64,000 nt of DNA from an uncultured archaeon (GTDB taxonomy: Archaea; Aenigmatarchaeota; Aenigmatarchaeia; QMZP01; JACQNV01), in contig CAYPFW010000001.1 of NCBI GenBank assembly GCA_964410585.1, positions 320,001-384,000 on the forward strand, in the 5' to 3' direction. The notes beneath the pieces were generated by a model that ran no database searches, had not been told where the DNA came from, and saw only the letters and a list, made by a program, of their open reading frames with translations. The position numbers were made by a program, and so were the translations under genes. Positions 18,819 through 28,076 of the stretch are shown in pieces (the stretch's first letter is position 1; the number at the start of each line of letters is the position of its first letter).

Positions 18819-21170
18819 CTACTTCAACTTATGCGTCTCCATCAACTCTTTTTCAACACACTTTAGTTTTTCAGGAATTTTTATCCCTTCAATTGGATCC
18901 TTCAGACTTATGTTCTTCTCCCTCTTTGCTTTCCAAACACTTGAATTAAATTCAACCAGCTCTTCTGTTGAAAATTCTGAAAAGCTCAAACTCTCACTTT
19001 CCGGAAATTCTTCTAAATGAACATTCTTCTCCCTCAAATCCATATACAGCCTGTATGTGATAAAAGGTGCAACAGGCGCAAGCAATTTCAAAACAATATC
19101 CAAAACTTTGTTTAGTGTCCACAGAGCAGCTTGTTGCTCTTCATCTGAAAATTTTCCAGCTTCGTTATAAGCCCTTGACTTGACAAGCTCCAAATAATGG
19201 GAAGCAAGTATTTCCCAAATAAAATATCTTATTTTTGAAACAGGATTATGGAAATCATATTTTTCATATTTTTCATTTGCCTCTTTCACCAACTTATCAG
19301 CCTCTGACAATATCCAATTATCCAACGGCTGCAACTTCCCTTGGTTTTTTGGCTCAGGGAACAGAGAAATAAACTTTGCAACATTCCAAATTTTTGTCAA
19401 AAATTTTCCAGAACCCTCTATCCTATCCTCAGCGCACCTAAAATCAGTGTCTGTAAGGTTGCCTTCGAGCGCAGCCCATAATCTGATAGGTTCTGCTCCA
19501 AATTTATCCAAAAGATGTGCAGGGTCAACTGTATTCCCCAAACTCTTAGACATCTTCCTTCCTTTTCCATCAAGTATATGATAATGAATCCAAACATCTT
19601 TGAAAATTGGTTTTTTGGTTAGCTGGTAACATCTCAAAAGCGTGTAATAGAGCCATGTTCTCACAATCTCTTTCCCTTGCGGCCTTAAAGTTGCAGGAAA
19701 AGCCTTCTTGAAAAACTCGGGTTTCTCCAAATATTTCAAAATATACAAAGGCGAAATTGAAGAATCAAACCAAGTATCAAAAACCCTTGTCTCACCTTCA
19801 AACTCTGTGCTCCCACACTTAGAACAGTTTTTAACAGGCGGGGCCTCTATCCATGGTTTATAGTATTTGCCTTTTAATGGAACAATTGTATTTTTACAAT
19901 TTTTGCAATACCACAAAGGTATTTCAGTTGCGTAGTATCTTCTTCTAGAAATCGGCCAATCAATAGACACAGAGCCTATCCAATCCAAAAGTATCTGCTT
20001 GTTTTTCTGAGAATAGAAATTTATTTTGTCTGATACAGACTTCACGTCTTTCAAAAAATCAAGTTGCTTCAAATAATATTCAGGCATTGTTATGAACTCA
20101 ATCTCATCCTTAGACCTTTCGCAAACAGGTGTACTGTGCATTATTTCTTCCTTTTTAATCAAAAAGCCTTCCTTCTCCAACCGCTCAATTATTTTTGCCC
20201 TAGCTTCTTTGACTTTTAAGCCCTCTACAAATCCAGAATTTTTGTCCATCCTTCCTTTTGTTGTTATACAGGACTCTGCATTTATTTTCATTTCAATCAA
20301 AAATCTTATTGCATTTTGGTCACCTGCGGATTTACTCATGTAAAGTATACCGCTTCCATATTCTGGTTTTGCAATTGGGTGCGGCTCTATTGGAATCTCT
20401 AAATCATATATTGGAATTATCGCAGTTTTTCCTTTCAGGTGCATATATCTTTTATCTGTTGGATGGTAGACAATTATTGCAGCTGTGCAAAGAAGTTCAG
20501 GTCTTGTTGTTGCAATTGTTAAATGCTCGCCTGTTTCTTTTACTTTAACTCTGATATAATTTAGAAAAGTTTTAATGTCTGCATGATCCACCTCATTATC
20601 AGCTACAGTTGTTTGGCATCCAGGGCACCAGTTGTTTAACCTCTTGTCTTGGTATACTAAACCAGCATTCCACAAATCAATAAACGTCGCCTGTGTGAGC
20701 TTCCTATACTCATCTGAGTCTGTAAGATAAACATCGCCTGGATTGTCTCCAATATCCCAAGAACTGAAAGAAATTCCAGCTCTGAAAAATGTCTCAGTTG
20801 ACTTCAAACTAAATTCTTCCAAAAGCTGCTTGCAAAGCTTGATAAAGGCCTCTCTGCTGACATCGTTTATTGTGATCTTGAATTTTTTTTCTGTGGCGAC
20901 CTCTATCGGTAATCCATTTCTATCCAAACCCAGAGGAAACAGGACCTCAAATCCTTTCATCCTCCTGAATCTTGCAAACATGTCCATGAGTATGTATGTT
21001 GTTGCATGCCCCATGTGAACAGGCGCATTTACATATGGAGGCGGCGTATCGATTGAATAAACAGGTTTTTTAGAATCAGAATCAAACTTGTAAGTTTTAG
21101 ATTTCTTCCACTCTTCGTATATCGGCCTCTCTAGTTCCTTTTTCCAGGATTTCTCTTTTATTTCTCCCAT
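18819..21170 (-). CDS. valS: Valine--tRNA ligase (archaeal type)
   Basis: IDTPPPY, HMGH, WPISRRRYYAT, DTWFDSS and KMSKS motifs. Confidence 0.95.
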   Translation of the reverse strand: MGEIKEKSWKKELERPIYEEWKKSKTYKFDSDSKKPVYSIDTPPPYVNAPVHMGHATTYILMDMFARFRRMKGFEVLFPLGLDRNGLPIEVATEKKFKITINDVSREAFIKLCKQLLEEFSLKSTETFFRAGISFSSWDIGDNPGDVYLTDSDEYRKLTQATFIDLWNAGLVYQDKRLNNWCPGCQTTVADNEVDHADIKTFLNYIRVKVKETGEHLTIATTRPELLCTAAIIVYHPTDKRYMHLKGKTAIIPIYDLEIPIEPHPIAKPEYGSGILYMSKSAGDQNAIRFLIEMKINAESCITTKGRMDKNSGFVEGLKVKEARAKIIERLEKEGFLIKKEEIMHSTPVCERSKDEIEFITMPEYYLKQLDFLKDVKSVSDKINFYSQKNKQILLDWIGSVSIDWPISRRRYYATEIPLWYCKNCKNTIVPLKGKYYKPWIEAPPVKNCSKCGSTEFEGETRVFDTWFDSSISPLYILKYLEKPEFFKKAFPATLRPQGKEIVRTWLYYTLLRCYQLTKKPIFKDVWIHYHILDGKGRKMSKSLGNTVDPAHLLDKFGAEPIRLWAALEGNLTDTDFRCAEDRIEGSGKFLTKIWNVAKFISLFPEPKNQGKLQPLDNWILSEADKLVKEANEKYEKYDFHNPVSKIRYFIWEILASHYLELVKSRAYNEAGKFSDEEQQAALWTLNKVLDIVLKLLAPVAPFITYRLYMDLREKNVHLEEFPESESLSFSEFSTEELVEFNSSVWKAKREKNISLKDPIEGIKIPEKLKCVEKELMETHKLK

Positions 21171-21274
21171 AGCTAGTAGCGTATTCAATAAATGAATAAT
21201 ATAATAGCCTGCTTATTTTATAAAACACTTTCTTCATTGATCACTTATATATCAAAGTTCAGCCAATTACTTAG

Positions 21275-21994
21275 ATGAGCAGAAAGCCACGAACAATAAA
21301 ATTTCCACACAAGGAAACAAGCGGCCTTGGATATGAAATAAAAGATATAATCCTTGGAGCACAGGATGGTTTAGTCAATGTTCTTGGAGTGATTTTAGCA
21401 GTTGCTGCAGCAACAACAGTCACAAAACTTGTTATAATAGCTGGTTTAGCTGCTACATTTGCAGAATCAATTTCAATGGGCGCCGTTGCTTATACTTCAA
21501 CAAAATCTTTGAAGGCCTTTTACCAAAGCGAATTAGAGAGGGAGAAAAGGGAGATAGAAGAACTTCCTAAACAAGAGAGAGAAGAAATAAAACAGGTCTA
21601 CATTCAAAAAGGATTCACAGGAACCTTGCTCAATCAAGTTGTCAGTAAAATCACATCAAATAAAAAAGTTTGGCTAGACACAATGATGAATGAAGAGCTT
21701 AAGCTTCCTGCACCTGAAAATGAAAAACCAGTAAAAAGCGCCCTTGTTGTTGGGTTTTCAGCCCTAGTTGGCTCGCTTTTCCCTCTTTTGTCCTTCTTGT
21801 TTTTACCAGTGCCTGAAGCTTCAATAATATCAATAATAATTTCTATACTCGTCCTGTTCTTACTCGGTGCAGCAAAAGCGAAGGTAACAGTAGGTAAGTG
21901 GTGGAGGAGTGGTTTGGAGATATCTATTATCGGAATAGTGGCTGCGTTGGTTGGTTATGGTATAGGAGCAATATTGGGAGTCACAGTTATATGA
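21275..21994 (+). CDS. VIT1/CCC1 family iron/manganese transporter
   Basis: ILGAQDGLV, AESISMG and MMNEEL motifs. Confidence 0.92.
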   Translation: MSRKPRTIKFPHKETSGLGYEIKDIILGAQDGLVNVLGVILAVAAATTVTKLVIIAGLAATFAESISMGAVAYTSTKSLKAFYQSELEREKREIEELPKQEREEIKQVYIQKGFTGTLLNQVVSKITSNKKVWLDTMMNEELKLPAPENEKPVKSALVVGFSALVGSLFPLLSFLFLPVPEASIISIIISILVLFLLGAAKAKVTVGKWWRSGLEISIIGIVAALVGYGIGAILGVTVI

Positions 21995-22512
21995 TAGAAA
22001 CAGTAGGCTATGCTTTTAGTTTTTTTGGAGATCCAAGGGTTTGGATAATCTTATCTGTCTTGCTTTTTGCAGCCAGAATGTTTTACAGGGCAAAAAAAAT
22101 CAACAAGCTTTTGTGGGTAAAAGCATTCATTATTTTTGTTGGCGTTTCAATGGGCTTAGCCTTCCTATCATCCGTCATTTTGAAAGATATCTTCCAAGTA
22201 CCTAGGCCTTGCTCAACAATTCCAGGAAGCCCAAACTATACTGCGGATTGCCCGCCAGATCCTTCCTTTCCTTCAGGCCATGCAACAACTGGTTTTGCCG
22301 CAGCAACTGGACTATTCCTTTTAGCTAGAAAAAAATTCAAGCTCAGTCGCTCTGTTTTGATTTATTTGATTGGAATTCTACCAGCAATTGGAAGGGTTAT
22401 GCAAGGTGTTCACACTTTTGCAGACATCACAGCAGGCGCTGTTTTAGGGATAGCTTTCAGCCTTGTTTTTTATTTTGTTATAACAACACTACACCAAAAA
22501 TTCAAAAAATAA
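21991..22512 (+). CDS. PAP2 family phosphatase
   Basis: K..PRP, SFPSGH and R..GVH..D motifs. Confidence 0.9.
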   Translation: MIETVGYAFSFFGDPRVWIILSVLLFAARMFYRAKKINKLLWVKAFIIFVGVSMGLAFLSSVILKDIFQVPRPCSTIPGSPNYTADCPPDPSFPSGHATTGFAAATGLFLLARKKFKLSRSVLIYLIGILPAIGRVMQGVHTFADITAGAVLGIAFSLVFYFVITTLHQKFKK

Positions 22513-22513
22513 C

Positions 22514-22903
22514 TTATTTCTCCAACATCTCTTTCATTGGTTCCCAATAATGCTCATGCCAACCATCGCCTATTGCTTTTGCAAATTTATCTGGGACATT
22601 TTCCTGTGTAAAAGTCAGCTTGCACCCATCTTTTGTTTCTTCTAACAAAAAAGTCGCTTTTGAAAAATGGTTTTCTGGCCAATCTGCAGCTCTCCACTCT
22701 TGGACAATTTTCTTGTCTTTAACAAGTTCCAAGTTTTTACCTTCAATATAGCCACTGTATGCTGATATTTTCCCGCCAGCCTTTGTGCTGATTTTTGCAA
22801 CATCTCCAGTGAATTGGGAATGTTTTTTAGAATTCATTAAAGCTTCGTAGACTTCATGAGATGAAGCTTTGAAAACAACAATCTGTTTTATTGTTTTTGC
22901 CAT
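22514..22903 (-). CDS. SRPBCC/AHSA1-like protein
   Basis: VYEAL, KKIVQEWR..DWP and GW..HYW motifs. Confidence 0.88.
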   Translation of the reverse strand: MAKTIKQIVVFKASSHEVYEALMNSKKHSQFTGDVAKISTKAGGKISAYSGYIEGKNLELVKDKKIVQEWRAADWPENHFSKATFLLEETKDGCKLTFTQENVPDKFAKAIGDGWHEHYWEPMKEMLEK

Positions 22904-22907
22904 ATTA

Positions 22908-23366
22908 TCACCCCTTTCTGTCCCCTGTACGCGAAGGCTTCCAAGGCAGGTTTGGAAGAGGATCTAATTTCTCTCCATAAAAATCAGCTATATGTTCAGT
23001 GACAGAATTGACGTAAACAGCAGCTATTTTCACACTTGCTCCTCTCCCCTGGAATTCTCGTTGAGCATACACAAATCCTCTACCAGTTGGCAAATCATCT
23101 TCCAGCAACAAAACGTTTAATCCAGAAATATCTCCTTGTATATCGTACACAATCCTTCTTTCATCCCCATTCCTTACAATGCTTATGGGTCTAACATCCC
23201 TAAAAGGAGCACCGTATTTCTGACTTAATTTTTCTGCAAGAATTCCAGCAGGAATTAAACCACCACACATGGATGGGACTATTACATCAGGCCTATAGTT
23301 TCTCATCATTTCTACTAGTTTATCAATATCTGCTTCAAATTCCTGCCAAGATTTTGTGCTTTGCAT
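22908..23366 (-). CDS. Type I phosphoribosyltransferase
   Basis: GGLIPA and the VLLLEDDLPTG PRPP-binding loop. Confidence 0.8.
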   Translation of the reverse strand: MQSTKSWQEFEADIDKLVEMMRNYRPDVIVPSMCGGLIPAGILAEKLSQKYGAPFRDVRPISIVRNGDERRIVYDIQGDISGLNVLLLEDDLPTGRGFVYAQREFQGRGASVKIAAVYVNSVTEHIADFYGEKLDPLPNLPWKPSRTGDRKG

Positions 23367-23413
23367 ATTTTTTTCGTATACCAGTTTTATTACAAACTAA
23401 AAACCACTCTACA

Positions 23414-23902
23414 CTACAACTCATACTTATATTTGTCCCACAAAACCAAAAACGTTGGTGCAAAACTTTCTTGGTTTGAAAGCATCTCTTCTATTTTTTC
23501 CTTCTGCACAAACTCGCCACCAGCAACATCGTCTTTGTTTGGATCAACTTTGTCTGCAATACAATAAAATGTTGTTACAAATCTTTTGACTCCATCAAAA
23601 TTATAGAAACTTGTTCCTAGAATATTTAATTTCGGCCTTATACCAAACTCTTTCCCAAGCGTCCTGTGTGCTGCTTTTTGTATGTCTTCTGTGCTCCTGA
23701 CAATGCCTGCGGATGAAACTCCATATTTCCCAACATACATGCCAGCTCTCTCGGGAATAATAGAAAGGAAAATTTCATTCCTTGAATTTTTCACAAAAAT
23801 ATACACACATTTCAGGATATCGTTCTGCTTGTCTATTTGTACTTTTTCTTTTGTCTCTTTAATCCTTCCATCCTCAGAATATGTGTTAACTAGATCTGCC
23901 AT
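23414..23902 (-). CDS. NUDIX family protein (IDI-like)
   Basis: SSAGIV..EDIQKAAHR...E.GI and VYIFVKNS. Confidence 0.65.
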   Translation of the reverse strand: MADLVNTYSEDGRIKETKEKVQIDKQNDILKCVYIFVKNSRNEIFLSIIPERAGMYVGKYGVSSAGIVRSTEDIQKAAHRTLGKEFGIRPKLNILGTSFYNFDGVKRFVTTFYCIADKVDPNKDDVAGGEFVQKEKIEEMLSNQESFAPTFLVLWDKYKYEL

Positions 23903-23944
23903 TTTTAGAATATCAAACAAAGATTTAAAAACACATTGCTCTAA

Positions 23945-25150
23945 TCAGCTCATTCTATATCTAAGTATAGCAGCAATTCCGCCTAATCCTTTTAATTGCT
24001 CCCCATATGCAGATTCTCCAGAAATCATTTCAACATTTGTTTGGTTTTTTTCTGCTACTTGTATTATTTTGTTCAGTACATCGTGTTCAGTTGCATGCAA
24101 ATTTTGACCACAGTTTGGACATTTCAAACTCAGCTTGCTTCTTCTAATAAGCTTTTTTTCAGAGTGTCCACAAGAACATTTTACCTCAGCTTCTATCCAA
24201 TCAAAATCTTCTGAAACCAGCAATGTTTCAACAACGCCTGATTCCAGGGATTTTGCAATTTCCTTCAAACCATACAAGGCCAGACCTGTCTCCTTTCCAA
24301 GCTCAGCAAAAAACCTTTCCATGAGCTTTTTTTCTTTGACAAAAGAAGCCTCTGCAAGCAAGCTCTCTCCTCTTTCCAGTGCTTCTTGCATACCATACTC
24401 ACCAGAATATGCAGTGTCAACTGTCCCCAGCACCTTTTTCTGTATTTCAGAAGTCAAATATGCCTCCTTCATGAAAAAATCTTTTGTTGGGCCAGGACCA
24501 GCTAATATAACTCCTTTCAAATCTCTCTCCTTCAAAAATATTTCATCTGCTATTTGTGCAATTTTTTTCAACCAATCATTTAGCAAACCTTCCCTTACTC
24601 TTGCAAACCTATTTGCAGACCACCCGCCCGCTTTAAATTTTCCTGGAACCATAGAATCCATGTGTTTAACTGGAATAACTTTTTTGCCTCGTATGAAACC
24701 TATTGTAGCCTCATTTGCATCAAAAACCATTATACCATAGACCTCTTTTTCTCTAAAAGCATCTTTCAATGGATCTAAAATAAATTCCTTATCACATCTG
24801 TAAAGTTTTTGTGTTATTGGATCTGGGGGCTCAATTCCCCAAAGTTCTATGTCGTCTGCACCTTCAACCTTAGAAATATTTCCACAAAAAACAGCCAGCC
24901 CATTTTTCGGAGTTTCTTTGTAAGCTCTTAAATGAGCCAATATTTTTTCCAAAGCAGCAATCACATTATTCCTTGTCGATTTTGATTTAATATTCATTGC
25001 AGTTGATTTCTCGCCTGCTATCTGCTCTATAACCTTGTTTAGGTTGTATCCAGCAGGCACATATACAGTCACGAGTTCTGTATGGCTACCCCTAATCTTT
25101 TCCAGTTCCTGCAACAACAATTTTAATTTATGGTGATCTAAATCAGACAT
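23945..25150 (-). CDS. prf1: Peptide chain release factor aRF1
   Basis: TELVTVY, NIKS, YRCD, Zn-ribbon minidomain and GGIAAILRY. The GGQ position reads GGW. Confidence 0.93.
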   Translation of the reverse strand: MSDLDHHKLKLLLQELEKIRGSHTELVTVYVPAGYNLNKVIEQIAGEKSTAMNIKSKSTRNNVIAALEKILAHLRAYKETPKNGLAVFCGNISKVEGADDIELWGIEPPDPITQKLYRCDKEFILDPLKDAFREKEVYGIMVFDANEATIGFIRGKKVIPVKHMDSMVPGKFKAGGWSANRFARVREGLLNDWLKKIAQIADEIFLKERDLKGVILAGPGPTKDFFMKEAYLTSEIQKKVLGTVDTAYSGEYGMQEALERGESLLAEASFVKEKKLMERFFAELGKETGLALYGLKEIAKSLESGVVETLLVSEDFDWIEAEVKCSCGHSEKKLIRRSKLSLKCPNCGQNLHATEHDVLNKIIQVAEKNQTNVEMISGESAYGEQLKGLGGIAAILRYRMS

Positions 25151-25276
25151 AAGTTTCCTAGAAACAGTTGGTCAGTTTGAACCGACTGGCTTATTTTTAA
25201 AACTAACAAAATCAACAAACTTCCCTTTTGTATTTGAAACAGATTCCATGCATTTAATTATTTCATGTATTTAAAA

Positions 25277-27370
25277 CTATTTTCGGAAAGTAACTGTCTT
25301 CACAGTTGTATATCCCATATATTCTGCTGTGATTTCCATGTCAACAGGATAGGGTCCACTGTAGTACTCACTGCAAAAATAAGCCTTTTTCAAATCTTGA
25401 ACCCATGGATAAAGACAAGGATAAGCCATTGTATTAACTTTTCTGGTCACTTTCGCATTTGAAATTGTGCCCCCTCTATTATCTTTAACATGGACAATTG
25501 CCTCCACATATTCTTTGTTTGTTTGATCGATTTCTATACTTTGATTTGCAACTTCAATTTTTATTCCAGTTAACCACGAAGGTGATTTTTCTTCTATAAC
25601 TGCATCATCTATATCTAGGATATTGTCGCCATCTCTATCAGCCCATCCCATTTCAGCAGCGCACACACCGAGATCTATTTTTTTAAGCTCTGTTCCAGTG
25701 CTACACATTAGATTGTTGTTGAAAGCACTTTCACACAGATTACCAAAGTAAAGATCTCTGCATCCAAAAATATGAGCAATTTCATGGGCCATATATGTGG
25801 GGTGAGTAGTAGATTGTATAATCATATTTTCAAAAAATTTCAATCCAACAGCGTGTCCTCTAGAAGACTTAACTTGTTTATTTGTGATTATTACTATAAT
25901 ATCATAAAGGCTGAGATCCACTTTATTTGCTAATTCTGTATACGAGCTTGTTGTATTGAAATTGGTTCCAGCAAACTCATCTGTCGCATCCTTTATTATA
26001 TCAGACGATATGTTAACACGACCTATGTAAGAAAACTCTATATCTATCATATCCTTCCCAGCATATTTCAAAGCTTCTCTATCATACCAATCAGCTATTT
26101 CCTTTGTATTGGAAATTTCGTCTCCTGTTAGCTCCCTGTCTAGAGATATCAGACCTACACTTATTTTACCCTTTGGTTTTACAAATTTGTCAATGAAAAA
26201 CCACCACGACATACCATTCAAACAATCTGCTCCTGTAGAACAATCCCTATCAAGATAATACACACCATTAACACACATTCCCTCTAACCCAAACTTGTTT
26301 TTACCACATGATGTTGCATTTGAGTCATAAACTAAAATCTGCTTAGATTCCTTTATGGTGTCTCTTCTTCCAAAAATTTTTATATCGCCTTCAAAATTTA
26401 TAAAACTTGGAACTAGAGTCTTTACAGTATTTCCAAAAACAGAAGATATGTTGTAGTAGGAAACAATATTTCCCTTTATTTTGACTGGAATTGACACAAC
26501 ACCCAAATCATACAGTTTTATATTTTTTGCATCGGCCTGCACATCTACACCTTGCCCTGTTAGATCAAGAGATATTTCTATAGGTGTCTTAATTCGACTT
26601 TTAATAATCATGGTTGCATCGACCCAACTATCTTTAGGAACAGTAGCTGTATCCAAATTTATTGTTATGTAAGGCGCCTCGAAGATGCTACATTCAAAGT
26701 TTGGATCAACGTTTTCATGGCATACACCATCACAAACTACACCACTACACTGACAATCCAAACAAGAAGGATCCTCAAAACTTTCACAGATTTTGTTGTA
26801 GTTGCATGTATTTGTTTTTTGGGCATTACATGATGTTTCACAGCACTTGAACGCACCATCTGTTTTTATTGGCTTGTCACAAAGAGAATCATATGGACAC
26901 AAAACTTGACACTGTGAAAAGCTTATTGGTTTTGTACATTCTTTGTCACAGCAAATTGAGTCGCTAGAAAATAAAAAATTACCGCTACATTCAGAAGCAT
27001 CTGAACATGAGTAACCATTTAACTGTGAGCACGTTTTTAATTTATCTATATCTTCACAGGTCCCTGTGCAACAACTATCTGTATCTATAGTTGCTTGAAG
27101 AGTATCTGAGCACTTTTGGTCCAGAGAACATTCTCTTCCATTTAATTCATCACATGTTGCCGATATATCAGATCCTGAACATTTCTGCGAACAGCAGAAA
27201 CCATCTGAGGCTGTAGAAAGTTCTCCAAAACATTCTTCTGGTTGACACAAATATCCATTCAAATCTGCGCACGTTTGCTCTATTGGTTGGTTTTGCAGGA
27301 CAGCAACACCCAAAGCAATGGCTAGCCCAACAACAATCAAAACAACAAGGAAAACCTGAAAACCATCCAT
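25277..27370 (-). CDS. Membrane-anchored Cys-rich zinc metallopeptidase-like protein
   Basis: N-terminal TM, three TC..LNG..C repeats, and HEIAHIFGCRD zincin motif. Confidence 0.65.
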   Translation of the reverse strand: MDGFQVFLVVLIVVGLAIALGVAVLQNQPIEQTCADLNGYLCQPEECFGELSTASDGFCCSQKCSGSDISATCDELNGRECSLDQKCSDTLQATIDTDSCCTGTCEDIDKLKTCSQLNGYSCSDASECSGNFLFSSDSICCDKECTKPISFSQCQVLCPYDSLCDKPIKTDGAFKCCETSCNAQKTNTCNYNKICESFEDPSCLDCQCSGVVCDGVCHENVDPNFECSIFEAPYITINLDTATVPKDSWVDATMIIKSRIKTPIEISLDLTGQGVDVQADAKNIKLYDLGVVSIPVKIKGNIVSYYNISSVFGNTVKTLVPSFINFEGDIKIFGRRDTIKESKQILVYDSNATSCGKNKFGLEGMCVNGVYYLDRDCSTGADCLNGMSWWFFIDKFVKPKGKISVGLISLDRELTGDEISNTKEIADWYDREALKYAGKDMIDIEFSYIGRVNISSDIIKDATDEFAGTNFNTTSSYTELANKVDLSLYDIIVIITNKQVKSSRGHAVGLKFFENMIIQSTTHPTYMAHEIAHIFGCRDLYFGNLCESAFNNNLMCSTGTELKKIDLGVCAAEMGWADRDGDNILDIDDAVIEEKSPSWLTGIKIEVANQSIEIDQTNKEYVEAIVHVKDNRGGTISNAKVTRKVNTMAYPCLYPWVQDLKKAYFCSEYYSGPYPVDMEITAEYMGYTTVKTVTFRK

Positions 27371-27436
27371 CTATATTTTTGGCTTTCCAAATATATTAGT
27401 GTAAGGCAATTTATGTAATTTTTTGGTTGCCTTACA

Positions 27437-27493
27437 GTCAGCATCTCACCAAATGCTAAAGATGCTGAGATGTCTCGTGTCTACGAGACACGA
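27437..27493. repeat. Repeat family C (two modules)
   Basis: TCAGCATCTC-N13-GATGCTGAGATG followed by TCTCGTGTC-TA-CGAGACACGA. Confidence 0.85.
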
Positions 27494-27494
27494 C

Positions 27495-27530
27495 TCTAAA
27501 TCCACAAATAATTCGTTTTGTGGATTTAGA
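27495..27530. terminator. Long hairpin immediately after the stop of the AlaE-like gene
   Basis: TCTAAATCCACAAA / TTTGTGGATTTAGA, a 14-bp perfect inverted repeat. Confidence 0.45.
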
Positions 27531-28076
27531 TTAAACATCTTGTTCGTAAAGTTCAGCCGGTTGAGCAGGTTCGGACACACCAAAAAACCGCCTAAATCCA
27601 TCCCTAACAATTCCATAGGGAATTCCAGCTGGACAAACATAAACAGCGAACCTTTTTGTTGTCTTCCATGCTTCGCTCAAATCTATATCTGCACCAGGCT
27701 TTGCAAGCTGATACGCAAAAGATATCCCAAACTGAACCAAACCATAAGCAACTGTTCCAAAAGTTTCTGTGGCAATTGCATCTGCAGCTAATTTTCTGGC
27801 TCCTTCTGTTTTCTCAGGGTCTAGTTTTCCTCTCATCCAATCCATGTATCTGTTAAGGTATTTGTATGTTGCTATGTTCAACACAGTACCCACAGATCTT
27901 TTTAATAAAACTTCATCCCAATCGTTTCCTGCTAGAACTTCATTTGTTCCATTGACAATGTGGAAAAACAGCAAACTGGAGGCCATATCAACCCTATCTT
28001 TGTAAGCAGTAATTTGGCTCCATCTTTGATAGGTCTCAGAACCAACTACTCTTTCAATATAAGGTTTTTGTGTCAT
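27531..28076 (-). CDS. AlaE (DUF1144)-like membrane protein
   Basis: Internal duplication (Y..YMDWMR / PYG..RD.FRR) and ADAIA..F pattern typical of the AlaE family. Confidence 0.55.
   Translation of the reverse strand: MTQKPYIERVVGSETYQRWSQITAYKDRVDMASSLLFFHIVNGTNEVLAGNDWDEVLLKRSVGTVLNIATYKYLNRYMDWMRGKLDPEKTEGARKLAADAIATETFGTVAYGLVQFGISFAYQLAKPGADIDLSEAWKTTKRFAVYVCPAGIPYGIVRDGFRRFFGVSEPAQPAELYEQDV

Noticed and set aside
25165-25190. Hairpin with GGTTCAAA upstream of aRF1 as a tRNA fragment
   Set aside because: There are no other tRNA arms, and it is too short to support a call.
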